Part shown: in pieces, positions 63,545-64,000 of the stretch
Layout: each line of letters starts with the position of its first letter
How positions within the stretch are numbered: position 1 is the first letter of the stretch
Assembly: GCA_963727625.1 (NCBI GenBank)
Contig: CAVSHR010000005.1
Location: 256,001 to 320,000 of the forward strand
From: an uncultured delta proteobacterium
GTDB lineage: Bacteria; Desulfobacterota; Binatia; UBA9968
Length of the DNA: 64,000 nt
Reading direction: 5' to 3'
Notes under the pieces: generated by a model
What the model was told of the DNA's origin: nothing
What the model saw: the letters and a program-made list of their open reading frames with translations, nothing else
The model's database searches: none
Made by a program: the position numbers and the translations under genes

Positions 63545-64000
63545 TTAATCTCTTCGCAAGCTCGGATCGGCGAGCGTGGTGTCCTGACCGGGCGGGGCGT
63601 GGTCGACAGCTTCTTCGAGAGTATGTTTCGGCATCCACTCTTCGGGCGGGCGCGCTTCGCCTTCCCAATTCACTTTGTCGAGTCCCCAGAATATTTCGAG
63701 GGCGTGGCCGTCGGGATCGCGAAACTCAACCGACACCTGAGAGCCGGCGCGTCGCCGGCCGTGAAAATCGATCGTCACGCCGTTTTTCTCGAGATGATCC
63801 CGGGCGCGAAATACCTCGTCGATGGTCGGGACTTCGAAAGCGATATGATGCAATTCACGCTGCCTGGAGATCTCTCCGCCCTGGCCCACCAGACCGAGGC
63901 CGTGATGGTCGTCGTTGAAACGCATAAAAACCATCCGGCCTTTGACCATGCTGTCGGGATACACGTCCGAGACCTTGAAGCCCAGCACCTGCGTGTAGAA
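63545..64000 (-). CDS. VOC/glyoxalase-extradiol dioxygenase family protein (5' end beyond window)
   Basis: FYTQVLG, DHHGLGL, LHHIAFEV and FRDPDGHALE. Confidence 0.85.
   Translation of the reverse strand, partial: FYTQVLGFKVSDVYPDSMVKGRMVFMRFNDDHHGLGLVGQGGEISRQRELHHIAFEVPTIDEVFRARDHLEKNGVTIDFHGRRRAGSQVSVEFRDPDGHALEIFWGLDKVNWEGEARPPEEWMPKHTLEEAVDHAPPGQDTTLADPSLRRD

Overview
GC-rich bacterial chromosome segment. It is probably from a deltaproteobacteria-like lineage, and Candidatus Binatota is my inference from gene content and repeat families, not a demonstrated assignment. (1) 0.8-20.8 kb is one long minus-strand core gene run: lipocalin-like, tilS, ftsH, folP, cdaA, cdaR, glmM, pdxJ, nnr, tsaE, lysC, cimA, cysE, mnmA, mtaB, rnc, DUF2071, DCC. 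(2) 20.8-46 kb is accessory metabolism: rhodanese, SDR, two UbiD decarboxylases with NitT/TauT ABC parts, two Asp/Glu-racemase-fold proteins lacking the catalytic cysteines, two exported methyltransferases, an MFS, an IS1182-family element with 25-bp terminal IRs, an Fe3+-type ABC transporter and a CoA transferase. (3) 46-64 kb is a plastic region: a 5-GAF histidine kinase with a recent internal duplication, several gene remnants, a DUF433/DUF5615 TA pair flanked by a duplicated gene 3' end, an internally deleted IS110, HigBA, and an AT-richer 1272-aa protein. That protein has a nuclease-like N-terminus, a degenerate STAND-like core and a long helical C-terminus, and is followed by a truncated partner. 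It is my best candidate for an undescribed NLR/Avs-like defence system. I recognised no rRNA, tRNA or CRISPR array. Several single-base frameshifts may be assembly errors. All family assignments come from reading motifs by eye, not from database searches.
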